This document shows positions 18,251 through 27,486 of a stretch of DNA of 64,000 nucleotides, piece by piece (positions within the stretch are counted from its first letter, which is position 1; each line of letters begins with the position of its first letter). Location: IMG/VR virus record IMGVR_UViG_3300046780_000733; one strand, written 5' to 3'. The notes under the pieces are model-generated. The model made no database searches, was not told the origin of the DNA, and worked only from the letters and a program-made list of their open reading frames with translations. This stretch comes from a virus. Made by a program: the position numbers and the translations under genes.

Positions 18251-18664
18251 ATGCGTCTCAAGAAGATTCAAGACATCGATTCTGGGATAACCTACGCATC
18301 CCATGAGATCAACCATGGTGACTGGCCGTTCCGTTTTCTGGTGCGCGTCCAGTATTGCGACGACTGGGATTCTGAGTGGGCGCGGAACGGCAAGTATTAC
18401 TGCATGATCCAAGCTGTTTCACCCGTTGCAGCCGTCGAAAAGATCAACGATGCAATCCGTTCAATTGGCATGGAACGGGAAGAATTCGACGGTCTTACGT
18501 CGGATTGGCAAGGGCTGATCCTAGCCGAGTACGGGACGGCTGCAACACTCTGGCAATCCCAGGGTAACAACCTGCGAAAGCTCCTCAGGGAAGCGCGACA
18601 CGAATTGAAGTCGATAGACTTCCTATTCGGGTTCGCCATGGACAAACCGCAAAAGCGCCGATGA
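18251..18664 (+). CDS. Hypothetical phage protein
   Basis: AAGGAG SD. Confidence 0.6.
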   Translation: MRLKKIQDIDSGITYASHEINHGDWPFRFLVRVQYCDDWDSEWARNGKYYCMIQAVSPVAAVEKINDAIRSIGMEREEFDGLTSDWQGLILAEYGTAATLWQSQGNNLRKLLREARHELKSIDFLFGFAMDKPQKRR

Positions 18665-18775
18665 TGCGCCGCTGGGCGCTCGAAAACCTTGCAAACCTGC
18701 GCCGTACGATCCGCGCATCGAAAACCACAATCCACAATTGAGTGGATGCACAACCTATTCACGAGAAAGGATACG

Positions 18776-19084
18776 ATGATGGAGATCAGAGATCACGACG
18801 GAACCGTTATCCAGCGATCGCGCAACCTCGCTGGTATCCGTCGCTACGTCGGCGGAATTCACGCGCCGATCATCAAGATTCTAGACGTGTCGCGCGTTGG
18901 ACAAGGAGAGGGGATGCTCTCGATTCTATTCGAGAATCGCGCCAGTTTTCAGGCCAATTTCGCGGATTACATTGTGCTTACCCGTTTCGTTCGCGCATGG
19001 CGCAACGTGCACGGTGCGCCATTGTCTATTGACGGAGTTGCTGCGGGATTCGTGTCTCGCAACAATCCACCAGAGAAGGAGTAA
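18776..19084 (+). CDS. Hypothetical phage protein
   Basis: AAGGA SD. Confidence 0.6.
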   Translation: MMEIRDHDGTVIQRSRNLAGIRRYVGGIHAPIIKILDVSRVGQGEGMLSILFENRASFQANFADYIVLTRFVRAWRNVHGAPLSIDGVAAGFVSRNNPPEKE

Positions 19085-19089
19085 TCACC

Positions 19090-19527
19090 ATGGAAAACAA
19101 TAACATCTTCGATGATGACATGTTGACCGATGCAATCCAGCCAATCTACCAATTGGCATGGGCGCACGTCGCGGAATCCCACGGTGAGAGTTTCAGTGGA
19201 TGCGAGCTCACCGAAGTTTGCCCAGAGGGGCCAGAGGATCAACTCCTCCCGATCGCGCGGAAATGGCTTGCAACTCTTGAACACGCGTTCGGCCCTCTGA
19301 AGCCGCGCTTCAAGAAACTCGGGATTGACTGGGATCAAGAGTCGGACGCGTTGTATTACTGCTTTATGACCCTACTGGGCCATGGTGTCGGATTCTCTGA
19401 TTACTGCTACGAAAACGACGTCGAAGAACCGGCTGACATGGCTTGTGGACGATGGCCACTAGGTGAGGATTGCGACGTCGCCGAAATTGCAGAGCAACAG
19501 TACGCGATTGCAAACCCCGAGGATTGA
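19090..19527 (+). CDS. Acidic hypothetical protein
   Basis: AAGGAG SD; D/E-rich; GHGVGF motif. Confidence 0.65.
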   Translation: MENNNIFDDDMLTDAIQPIYQLAWAHVAESHGESFSGCELTEVCPEGPEDQLLPIARKWLATLEHAFGPLKPRFKKLGIDWDQESDALYYCFMTLLGHGVGFSDYCYENDVEEPADMACGRWPLGEDCDVAEIAEQQYAIANPED

Positions 19528-19570
19528 TCGAGATTACCTGAACCCCAACCACCAACCGAGGAGAACCCGA

Positions 19571-20146
19571 ATGTCGTTCATGCAGCCCGAAGTTTATGAG
19601 ACTGATTACTACGCCGTTGAAGCCGACTGTGGATCAACATGGATCGTTCCGGCCGATGTTTGCAGCGCTGACACGTGGGGTGATCTTGCCGACTACGTCG
19701 AAGCAATGATTGACGAACCAGACGAACCCGCTGTCTTGTCGCATGGCTGGATATATCGAATGAGCGCGGAAGGTTACATGGATTGCACCGATTGGAGCGC
19801 GGCAGATACAGAACTGGAAGCGCTCGAAGAATTTCTTTCGATGGAGGGTTCTCAAGAGGAAACCATTGACGCCTGGGAAGTCGGGATTCAAGAGCGTATC
19901 CACGCGATCAAGGGACTGAGTCGTTTCGAGTGCATTGAGACCTCTTCCGATTTCCGCGTGCTTGACCGATACACGGGTCAAGAGGCTTGCATGGGAGACG
20001 GAGTCGATCAAGACTACGGGTCTGAAGACAACCCCCTTACCGTCGGCATGGAAGGCTTCCGCGAGGCCTGGGAGCGTGATCTAAACGATTCCCCCGATAC
20101 GCTGGAAGCTTACTTCCGGGATCAATACGAGCGGGAAAACGAGTAA
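19571..20146 (+). CDS. Highly acidic protein (DNA-mimic candidate)
   Basis: About 49 D/E versus about 10 K/R in 191 aa; RMSAEGYMDCTDW motif. Confidence 0.65.
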   Translation: MSFMQPEVYETDYYAVEADCGSTWIVPADVCSADTWGDLADYVEAMIDEPDEPAVLSHGWIYRMSAEGYMDCTDWSAADTELEALEEFLSMEGSQEETIDAWEVGIQERIHAIKGLSRFECIETSSDFRVLDRYTGQEACMGDGVDQDYGSEDNPLTVGMEGFREAWERDLNDSPDTLEAYFRDQYERENE

Positions 20147-20243
20147 CCTGCGCCCGAGTAGGCTCTGCCCTACTCGGGGTTCTATTCCGTGCATTCCGTC
20201 GAGTGCATGGAATTCAGCCCCGAGAACCCGACAGGAGAGAACC

Positions 20244-20489
20244 ATGGAATGCATTACCCTGAGTTACGGCCTGGTGCGCGGTGCAGCCAAGAATTACCCC
20301 TACCACCAGCCAGCGCGGTACGAATCACGCGTAACGCGTGACGGTCGGACAGTGTGGAGCTACGTCGGACATTGCGGCCTCGCACGTCGGTCTAGTCGTC
20401 TCGCAATCAGGGATGCGCAAGCACTAGCTGCTAGCCTAGGCATCGAGTATCGGGATTACGTGCGACACAATCACGCCGCTACTGTCTGA
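20244..20489 (+). CDS. Hypothetical protein
   Basis: AGGAG SD, conserved leader. Confidence 0.55.
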   Translation: MECITLSYGLVRGAAKNYPYHQPARYESRVTRDGRTVWSYVGHCGLARRSSRLAIRDAQALAASLGIEYRDYVRHNHAATV

Positions 20490-20531
20490 TGCATCCACTC
20501 AATCACCCCGAGAACCCGAAAGGAACCAACA

Positions 20532-20837
20532 ATGTCCACTCTGCTTTGCGACGAAACTACCGCCGATATCCTCGTGACCATTCCCCGGTTTAGCGAACGG
20601 CAGGCCCGACGCCTGAACTCGCTGGCCTGCGAATTATCCTGGATTCGCGCGGCCGGGTTCACACTGTCTGATCGCCTGGAGCGATTCAGTCGGCTCCTAT
20701 GCGATCTGGCCAGTGAAACACGGTCCGATCCGTCCGAATTGTGGGATCAGGTTACCCGATTGGCTGATCACATTGACGCCGATAGCAGACAGTCTGCTAA
20801 CGCCGATCTGGCCAGGAAAGCGAGAGTTGCGTCATGA
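20532..20837 (+). CDS. Hypothetical protein
   Basis: AAGGA SD, conserved leader. Confidence 0.55.
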   Translation: MSTLLCDETTADILVTIPRFSERQARRLNSLACELSWIRAAGFTLSDRLERFSRLLCDLASETRSDPSELWDQVTRLADHIDADSRQSANADLARKARVAS

Positions 20838-20949
20838 CGGACTGTTGCCGAACCGACGGAACTAGACGGCGCAGGCACTCAGCAGACCCAGCTAAGCGCC
20901 GATGGTACGCTCAGTACCGATGCACCAGATTTGCGCGGAGAATGCTGGG

Positions 20950-21138
20950 ATGAAGAAAATCGATGGTCGCCGAAACAATACACGGCCAAAAACCGGGAAG
21001 GCGCGAGAAGAGCTGATCAGAATTCGTGTTTCGCTCGATGAAAAACGAGCGATCGAGGATTACTCGCTGAGCCTAGGTCTCACCACATCCGAGCTAATTC
21101 GGGAAAGTCTGCTTGCCAGAATCGCAACCACGGACTGA
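20950..21138 (+). CDS. Ribbon-helix-helix (CopG/MobC-like) DNA-binding protein
   Basis: IRIRVSLDEKRAI...LGLTTSELIR. Confidence 0.7.
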   Translation: MKKIDGRRNNTRPKTGKAREELIRIRVSLDEKRAIEDYSLSLGLTTSELIRESLLARIATTD

Positions 21139-21165
21139 CCCTGCCCCGTAAACCGATCAACCCTT

Positions 21166-21199
21166 AGACCGCCCATCACTTCCGATTGGCGGTCTTCTC
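21166..21199 (+). terminator. Probable terminator hairpin
   Basis: AGACCGCC.ATC/GAT.GGCGGTCT stem with a weak T tail. Confidence 0.5.
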
Positions 21200-21369
21200 G
21201 TGCGCTCCAAGAACCGCCTAGGAACGATCGGCGCGCGAGAACGTGGAATCTATCACGCCATTGGCTCTCAACGCGTCTAGCGTCATCCTAGGACGTCTAT
21301 CGCCTATCCTGGATTGATCCGCCAGTGTGGCCCGAGACATCTTCTCGCGCCCGAGCGCACGGGCACCCG

Positions 21370-21725
21370 TACGTGATCGCGATCACGCGTAGGCACGTGC
21401 TGCGCACGTACGCGCGCGATCACGGTCGAGCGCACGCGCTACACACGTACGCGCATAGGCGCGGGAGCGCACGGGCTGCGCGTGTACGCGCACGATCACG
21501 GGCAGGCACGCGCTACGCGTACGCGCACGATCACACGCGTACGAACGCGCTACGCGTACGCGTATAGGCGCGGGTTCGCACGCGTATGCGTACGTACGCG
21601 ATCACGCCTGCGCACGCACGCCGCGCGTATACGCACTATCACGCCCACGAGTGCACGCTGCGGGTATGCGCACGATCACGGGCAAGCGCATGGGTGTATG
21701 TCGCGCGCACGATCACGCCTGCGTA
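21370..21725. repeat. ~37-bp period array (ten units) of alternating purine-pyrimidine DNA with GCACGATCACG core
   Basis: GATCAC/TATCAC cores at 21381, 21418, 21494, 21529, 21600, 21637, 21674, 21711; ATAGGCGCGGG variants at 21455 and 21564. Confidence 0.8.
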
Positions 21726-22175
21726 CGCAAGGCCCTAGGATCGCCCTAGGACGCGTTGCCTAGTCGAAACGTGGAATCTATCGACCCTATGGGTGCCGAC
21801 TCGTCCAGAGTGATTCTAGGACGTCCTAGGGCCATGATAGCATAGTCTATCCTGGGATGAGAGCTAAGCCGGCGGTCTCTACGCGTACGCGTGCGTACGA
21901 ACTGCATCCACTCAATCTTGATGTCTAGTGTACGCATGGTCCGGATTGGCATGGCCGGACAGAACTCATAAGAGTAAATTGATCCCAGACCCCAAAATGC
22001 GCAGGTGTTTATTGATATAAGAAAAAAAGTTTTATCGAGAATTCCCAGTGTTTCAAGCCACTAACGCTGTGAGTGGATGCACAATCCGCGTGTTTGAAAC
22101 GTTCCGAAGACAATATTCTGGCGCGGGCAACGAGTTACTCTCGTTACGAAAACGCAAACGACAAAGGAGAAAACG

Positions 22176-22535
22176 ATGAACTCAACCAAGAGCCGGAAAA
22201 ACGCGAGCCTAGGTCAGTACAAAGTGGTTTTCGACTCTGTGAACGCAGTGGATGGTTGGGATTGGGCGATTCTGGACGCGCAAGGCGAAGAAATCGAACG
22301 GTTTACGGAAGAAGTAGACGCGGTCAGTGTTGCCCGCGATATGGCAAAAGCAGAGGCAGAGGCAGAGGCAGAGGAGAGGGCAGAGGCAGAGGCAGAGGCA
22401 GCGGACCAGGCGGCAACAGAGCAGGCTGAGAGCGACCTTGACAGCTTGAATGATATCATCGGTGACCTCGACCCCTCCACCCCCAAAGGCCGCGCTAGAA
22501 TCGCCTATCTTCTCAAGATTGCCAAGGCAATGTAA
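22176..22535 (+). CDS. Acidic protein with (AE)n tract encoded by GCAGAG repeats
   Basis: AAAGGAG SD; solitary gene with its own terminator. Confidence 0.7.
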   Translation: MNSTKSRKNASLGQYKVVFDSVNAVDGWDWAILDAQGEEIERFTEEVDAVSVARDMAKAEAEAEAEERAEAEAEAADQAATEQAESDLDSLNDIIGDLDPSTPKGRARIAYLLKIAKAM

Positions 22536-22550
22536 ACGACCCATCCTACC

Positions 22551-22578
22551 AAGCCCCTCAAGTGAGGGGCTTTTTTTA
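22551..22578 (+). terminator. Rho-independent terminator
   Basis: AAGCCCCTCA/TGAGGGGCTT stem followed by a T run. Confidence 0.9.
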
Positions 22579-23030
22579 TGCGCACTATATAGAACGCGCG
22601 CACGTCACGCGCGTATGCGCGCACGCGTGCGCGTAATGATTGCATCAAGGACAAGACCGCGCGGAATCGCACGCGCGGCAGGCAAGGCCTCTAGGACGTC
22701 CTAGGACGCGTCGCACGGCCGCGCCGTCCAATCTATCATGCCAGTCCGTCCGGACGCGTCCTAGGGGCTGCTAGAGGCCTAGAAAATCCGAGGAGCAGAT
22801 TAAGTGTGGCAACAGACAGGACGCCGATCCCTGGGATAATGGGTAGCAGTCACGAGACTGCCCCTCGTCCCCTAGGACCGCTTGCCATGCCTGACAGTCC
22901 AATCTATCGACCGATCACCCGCGAGCCCCGCTCGGCTCATCCTGGGACGCGTAGCGGGCCGCCTGCGTGTATCGCTCCGTCCGATCCGGACAGTCACGCA
23001 CGGCCCGCGCAGCCAGGACAATACATGCTT

Positions 23031-23220
23031 GCAAGCAATGTCAAGATGGGAATCATGGCGAACATGTTAGATTTGAGCGACTTGCGAAACATTGGAAATA
23101 CGGGTATCACTGGCAACATAGGCAGTATGTGCAAAATAGGAATTGCGGGTAATTTTGGTAGACTTGGAAAGATTGGCAGAATGGGCAAAACAGGGTAAAT
23201 GGGAAGTCTGGGCGAATGCA
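23031..23220 (+). repeat. Degenerate 9-bp periodic tract B
   Basis: About 20 units: ggaaatacg ggtatcact ggcaacata ggcagtatg ... ggaagtctg. Confidence 0.75.
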
Positions 23221-23265
23221 TGCGTGTGGTTCGCGCCTGCATGAGGGTGCGCGGGCGTGCGCGTG

Positions 23266-23395
23266 TATCCGAGGGGCTGGCAAATTTGCCTATACTTTTG
23301 GGGCTTCGTTGCGCTGCCTATTTACACCGAAACTTTCCAAAGGCCTCTGGCGTGCATGTGCGCCCGAGGCTTTCTTTCTTTCGCTCATACTTTTG
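23266..23395 (+). promoter_or_regulatory. Two tandem copies of bipartite motif (CG)CCCGAG-N17-YATACTTTT
   Basis: 23266-23300 and 23361-23395; exact 17-nt spacer. Confidence 0.65.
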
Positions 23396-23888
23396 GTCTT
23401 TGGCTGGGCATGCTCTTTTCACCTGGGTTGCTAATCATCTCGACTGCCCGATCAACCGCCTTTCCTAAGAGTCCCGGGAACGGACCACCTAGTTTGCCGT
23501 TCAATCGCTCTCGGGCGATCTGGCGAAGTGTCGCCCGTGATAACCCGGCCGCCACTGCATCCAGAAAAAGCCGGTCTGAGGCGAGCACGTGGGCCGCGTC
23601 CCTGCCCTCGTGATACTCTCGCGCGATCATTTCTCGCCGTGCTACTATCTCGCGGTTCCGTTCCGTCTCTCGCTCGAATCCATCTATCCCGTATTCGGCG
23701 AGCTGGCTGCGCAGGCTCGTCTCTAGGGTTCTCTCTTTGTTGCAGGCGTTGCACTCGTGATGAAACGTGGTCGCCGTCGATCGGTTTCTGACGAATAGCT
23801 CGCGGGGTTTCTCTTGCTTGCATCGGGAGCAACGCAGGAGTGCCGGGCAATCATCTGGGATTGGCAGGTCTGAGCGTCTAGCAGCCAC
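23385..23888 (-). CDS. Zinc-finger protein (CxxC..K...F..CxxC, as in HNH/endoVII N-termini)
   Basis: CSRCKQEKPRELF...HECNACNK; GGAG SD. Confidence 0.6.
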   Translation of the reverse strand: MAARRSDLPIPDDCPALLRCSRCKQEKPRELFVRNRSTATTFHHECNACNKERTLETSLRSQLAEYGIDGFERETERNREIVARREMIAREYHEGRDAAHVLASDRLFLDAVAAGLSRATLRQIARERLNGKLGGPFPGLLGKAVDRAVEMISNPGEKSMPSQRPKV

Positions 23889-23904
23889 GGGGAAATCTCC
23901 ATAG

Positions 23905-23940
23905 AAAAACCCGGCCTAGGCCACGTGCACCTAGACCGGG
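23905..23940 (-). terminator. Rho-independent terminator
   Basis: CCCGGTCTAGG/CCTAGGCCGGG followed by T5. Confidence 0.75.
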
Positions 23941-23974
23941 GAACCCGCAAGGAACCACCCTTGCATCCATTGTA

Positions 23975-24877
23975 TTACATTCGCTCAGTGTCAAAGAGCA
24001 GCCTACGGTATTGATCCTCCCCTAGAAGTTTCTTGAGCCGGGCCGCCTGGTCTTGGGACTCGCGGAAAGACTTTTCTGCTTTCCGGGAGTCCTGATCGTA
24101 GCCGAGCTCGGCGCACCAATCCTCGAATACTCCGGTATTCTCCACCGTGGCGGCGTCGCTCGCCAGGCAGTCGAGAACCTCTTCCAGTGTGGGCGGGATC
24201 GGGCGGCCGTTCTTGACGTGGCCTAGGCCTTTGGAGTAGTGGAGCGGAAACGGCGCGCCGGCTCCAGAGATCTTGACCTTATAGTGATTCATCTCCCGAT
24301 CAGTCATGCTCGGGTTGGAGTCAACGGCTTTCCAAGTCATGGTCAACCGGTTCTCTTCGATGAACCGCTCCATAGGGCTGGTCTCATCATCGACGGGTTC
24401 GGGTTCGATCTTTGCTGGCTTGACCTTGGAGTTTCCCCAGTAAGCATGCTCGAATTCACTGGCGGTCGGAGCGTACTCGGGGTAAAACCGGCGGATATGG
24501 TGTACTCCCGCGTTGCTTTCATCGTCGAATGAGTCTAGGTCTCCTGGGTTCGTGCGGAGCGACTTCAGGTTAGACGCGTTCCAACATTCCGGCTCCGGAC
24601 CGTCGCCCTTGTAAATGCCTTTGTAGTAGCCAAGGACCCGGTAAATCCAGTCTTTGACCTCTGGGGAGTCAAGGGCAGGGGGGCGCCAGTCGTCCAATAG
24701 CTGCTTTGCCTTGGCTCGCGTCGTCTCGTCAACGTACTCGGAGTCAACGGCCGCGGATAGGCTCGTGCATCCGCATTCACCGCGGACACTGTAGTAGTGT
24801 TCGGGATGCGTGGGAGGGTTCAGGAATCCGCCCATTTCACTCCGTACGATCCGTGAATTCCGGGTTTCAGTCTTCAT
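23975..24877 (-). CDS. Two-domain phage hypothetical protein
   Basis: C-terminal PTLEEVLDCL.SDA...FEDWC.ELGYDQDSRKAE pattern; conserved leader. Confidence 0.7.
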   Translation of the reverse strand: MKTETRNSRIVRSEMGGFLNPPTHPEHYYSVRGECGCTSLSAAVDSEYVDETTRAKAKQLLDDWRPPALDSPEVKDWIYRVLGYYKGIYKGDGPEPECWNASNLKSLRTNPGDLDSFDDESNAGVHHIRRFYPEYAPTASEFEHAYWGNSKVKPAKIEPEPVDDETSPMERFIEENRLTMTWKAVDSNPSMTDREMNHYKVKISGAGAPFPLHYSKGLGHVKNGRPIPPTLEEVLDCLASDAATVENTGVFEDWCAELGYDQDSRKAEKSFRESQDQAARLKKLLGEDQYRRLLFDTERM

Positions 24878-24920
24878 TGCGTTGGTTCCTTGTTCTGGGG
24901 TTCGTTGGGGTTCACTGAAG

Positions 24921-25208
24921 TTACCACTGAGGAAAGCGTTCATCGTCGTTTCGGCAGTCGCCACCGAATTCGGGCCGATGGTAGTTGCCACAACATCCAC
25001 ACTCTACGAATTCCCCATTGTCAATTCCGGATTGCATGAGGCTTTCCATGGTTTCCACTAGATCGGTTTCTGTGAAACCGAGCCGACCGAGTATTTCGGT
25101 TTTGGTTCGAGAGTGTTGCTTGTCCCGATGCAGCAGACTGAGAATCTGAACCGCTTGAATGCGGCGGGATTTCGTTTTGGGGCTGGGGTGTTCGTTCCAG
25201 TATTTCAT
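24921..25208 (-). CDS. Hypothetical phage protein
   Basis: ECGCCGNYHR..FGGDCRND..RF; conserved leader. Confidence 0.6.
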   Translation of the reverse strand: MKYWNEHPSPKTKSRRIQAVQILSLLHRDKQHSRTKTEILGRLGFTETDLVETMESLMQSGIDNGEFVECGCCGNYHRPEFGGDCRNDDERFPQW

Positions 25209-25256
25209 TGGTTCCTATTTGGTTTTGGGTTCTCGGGTTCGTGGTCAACAGGTTCT

Positions 25257-25284
25257 AGTTTAACCTGAGTTGGAATAGTGTCAA
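25257..25284 (-). promoter_or_regulatory. sigma70-like promoter
   Basis: TTGACA-N16-TAAACT. Confidence 0.7.
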
Positions 25285-25295
25285 GGGGATGGAGG

Positions 25296-25460
25296 TCAGA
25301 TCGTGTACGTTTCAACCTCGATTGACTCGTATTCTTCGTGCGCGTTGGCGTCGCATTGGCACGCGAATGTTTCTAGCATACTGAGGAGCCGGCAACGCTC
25401 GGCTGACGTGGGCCGGCTCAAGTGAGCCAATGTCATGATTTCAAGTAACATGGGGGTCAT
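25296..25460 (-). CDS. 54-aa hypothetical protein (absent from ORF track)
   Basis: Fills the gap in the minus-strand block. Confidence 0.4.
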   Translation of the reverse strand: MTPMLLEIMTLAHLSRPTSAERCRLLSMLETFACQCDANAHEEYESIEVETYTI

Positions 25461-25472
25461 GGTGGTGACTCG

Positions 25473-25670
25473 TTAGCGTGATGGTGGTTGATCAAGGGCC
25501 GCATTGATCACGGCGTCAATCTCCGCGCGGTTCTCGCGTACAAACTGACGCATGGGAAGCCGGCTTGATCGCTTGCATTTGTATAAACCCTCGTGATTGT
25601 CTACCCATTGGGCTCGGTCGGAGTCGTTGAGGGTCCGGCGTCGTGGCTTGATCGTGTACGGTGCGTGCAT
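25473..25670 (-). CDS. Hypothetical phage protein
   Basis: LND..R.QWVDN.EGLY...FVRENR.EID; conserved leader. Confidence 0.6.
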   Translation of the reverse strand: MHAPYTIKPRRRTLNDSDRAQWVDNHEGLYKCKRSSRLPMRQFVRENRAEIDAVINAALDQPPSR

Positions 25671-25717
25671 GTCTTTGGTTCCTTGTGTTGGGGTTCTCGT
25701 TGCTCTCAACAGTATCC

Positions 25718-25745
25718 ATGTTACCCTGAATCAGAATTCTGTCAA
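25718..25745 (-). promoter_or_regulatory. sigma70-like promoter
   Basis: TTGACA-N16-TAACAT. Confidence 0.7.
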
Positions 25746-25933
25746 CAGGCTGCCGGTTCCAATTCCATGGTTTCCAGGGATTCGGCAGCGTCATCGCGGT
25801 TGGTCCATGTTCGGATCTTGCCGTGTTCATCTTCCGCGTACTGAGTTTTGCCGTTCTGGCGTCGGTACGCGAACCAAAGAATATGCTTGCGAGGCTCACG
25901 AACCTTGCAAGCCGCTAGTGTCCACGTGCTCAT
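25742..25933 (-). CDS. Hypothetical protein
   Basis: AGGAG SD. Confidence 0.55.
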   Translation of the reverse strand: MSTWTLAACKVREPRKHILWFAYRRQNGKTQYAEDEHGKIRTWTNRDDAAESLETMELEPAAC

Positions 25934-25977
25934 TGTGTTGACTCCTAGGTTAAGAGGGCAGGGGGGGAAGGTTCCAT

Positions 25978-26322
25978 TTACGCGCCAGCCGTGGCCAGTG
26001 ATTCCCGTTTCTTGGGTTTGTTGCCGATGCGCCAGAACCCGCGAATATCGCTCGGATGCTGGCCGTCGGATTCGAGCCAATGCCAGAAAGCATCTTGCCA
26101 TTCTAGCGGGAGTTCACTCCACTCGACGCGCCGGCACTTGTTCAAAAGGTATCCAGGGCTTGCACCCGTGGACGCCAACGAGGGACTAGATCCAGTCAAC
26201 GCGTTGCCTATCGCGCCATAGGTGCCGTTGCTCCGGCCGTCTATGATGTTGACAAGTAAGTAAGACTTGTCTTTTTTCTCCTGATACAACCGGCAAACCT
26301 CGTTCTTTCGTGGCCATCCCAT
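25978..26322 (-). CDS. Hypothetical protein
   Basis: AAAGGA SD, conserved leader. Confidence 0.6.
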   Translation of the reverse strand: MGWPRKNEVCRLYQEKKDKSYLLVNIIDGRSNGTYGAIGNALTGSSPSLASTGASPGYLLNKCRRVEWSELPLEWQDAFWHWLESDGQHPSDIRGFWRIGNKPKKRESLATAGA

Positions 26323-26356
26323 TGGTTCGGTTCCTTTCGTGGGTTCTGGTGGTGGT

Positions 26357-27088
26357 TTATCCGTCGCGCCGGCCAGTGATTTCAAACGTGTATTCGTTGG
26401 CGTCGGAGTCATCGGCCAATGTCTCATCCGAGGTCCGATACTCAAACTCGGCTTGCAAATCTTTGTAGATTGCGCGGCAGAGATCGAGAACGAGCTGGCA
26501 AGCGTCGGACTGGAAACCCTCGAATAGCTTGCGGAGTCGCGGAGTATCGGAGATCCACTTTTGGCCGATGCAATCCCCGTCGTCTTGCAACGATGAGGCG
26601 AACCGCACGCTTCGTTCATGACTGTAATGGGAATCGTTGCGCTCAACTGTTGCATCGATCTTGCCCGCGTCAGCAACCTTGCGTAGCTTGCTGTACTTGG
26701 GATTGAATCCCACGCCGTTGCAATCGTGGACGATCCGAGCGCGGAAGTCTTCTTTCTTGGTCTCTGCGTCATAGCCGACTGACTCCGACGCCTCAACCGG
26801 AGTCGAGAGAAACCCGATCAGCGTTTCGAGGTCAACGCAGGCCGTAAAGCTGGCTCCGTCGCCTTGACTCCAGAACCCGCGGAAACTGATCTTGGGTTCC
26901 TGGAATCCGATTTGCTCAAGGGCGGTTGTCCACCACTCGTAGACACTATCCCACCAATCGTAGGTTTGCAGTCCCTCAGTGAGCCACTGGCGGGCACGCT
27001 CAACGGCTTTCTTGTCTGCTTTCCCTTGCTTCTCAAGGTCAAGCAACTCCTGAAACGTGTAGACGGTTTTCGTGATCGTCTTAGCCAT
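26357..27088 (-). CDS. Conserved phage hypothetical protein
   Basis: VYTF.EL..A.ERAR.W, F.GFWSQGDGASF, IY..L..E.EY.TS.E, NEY.F...G. Confidence 0.75.
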   Translation of the reverse strand: MAKTITKTVYTFQELLDLEKQGKADKKAVERARQWLTEGLQTYDWWDSVYEWWTTALEQIGFQEPKISFRGFWSQGDGASFTACVDLETLIGFLSTPVEASESVGYDAETKKEDFRARIVHDCNGVGFNPKYSKLRKVADAGKIDATVERNDSHYSHERSVRFASSLQDDGDCIGQKWISDTPRLRKLFEGFQSDACQLVLDLCRAIYKDLQAEFEYRTSDETLADDSDANEYTFEITGRRDG

Positions 27089-27141
27089 GGTTTTGGTTCC
27101 TTGTTCTTGGGGTTCTCGGGTTCGGTGGTTGCGAGGTTGGT

Positions 27142-27441
27142 TCAGTCGTCGGAGTGAGTAAAACAGGGAGCATTGAGGATTGATTCAGCCGGCGCGAAAT
27201 ACTGCCGGCAGTGGCCGCACTGCCATGAACCCAACCCACAACACACACCGATGCTAACGACTGCATCAAGCGCGGTCTCGTCTTCATCGGTGTCGCAGTA
27301 CGCATACGCGCTAAGTTTGCGGCACGCCGGGCAAATCTCGATTGAGCCGTCTAGCACAAGCGCGTAATCATCGGGACGGTTGGCGGCCAGCTCGGATAGA
27401 TCGTTCGCGAATTCATCCAGGTAATCGTCTGAGCGTTCCAT
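27142..27441 (-). CDS. Acidic Cys-rich small protein
   Basis: CPAC/CGHC; conserved leader. Confidence 0.55.
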   Translation of the reverse strand: MERSDDYLDEFANDLSELAANRPDDYALVLDGSIEICPACRKLSAYAYCDTDEDETALDAVVSIGVCCGLGSWQCGHCRQYFAPAESILNAPCFTHSDD

Positions 27442-27486
27442 TGTGGTTCCCCTGTGTTCGTGGTTCGTGGTTCGGTGGTATCTGGT

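Noticed and set aside
21370-21725. CRISPR array or the Arg/Ala/His/Thr-rich ORFs at 21325 and 21482
   Set aside because: Core only about 11 bp with low-complexity spacers; the ORFs lack SDs and are by-products of the repeat
22806-23198. Collagen-like Gly-X-Y protein
   Set aside because: Periodicity continues past an in-register stop and the twin tract has frameshifts; no Pro-rich collagen pattern
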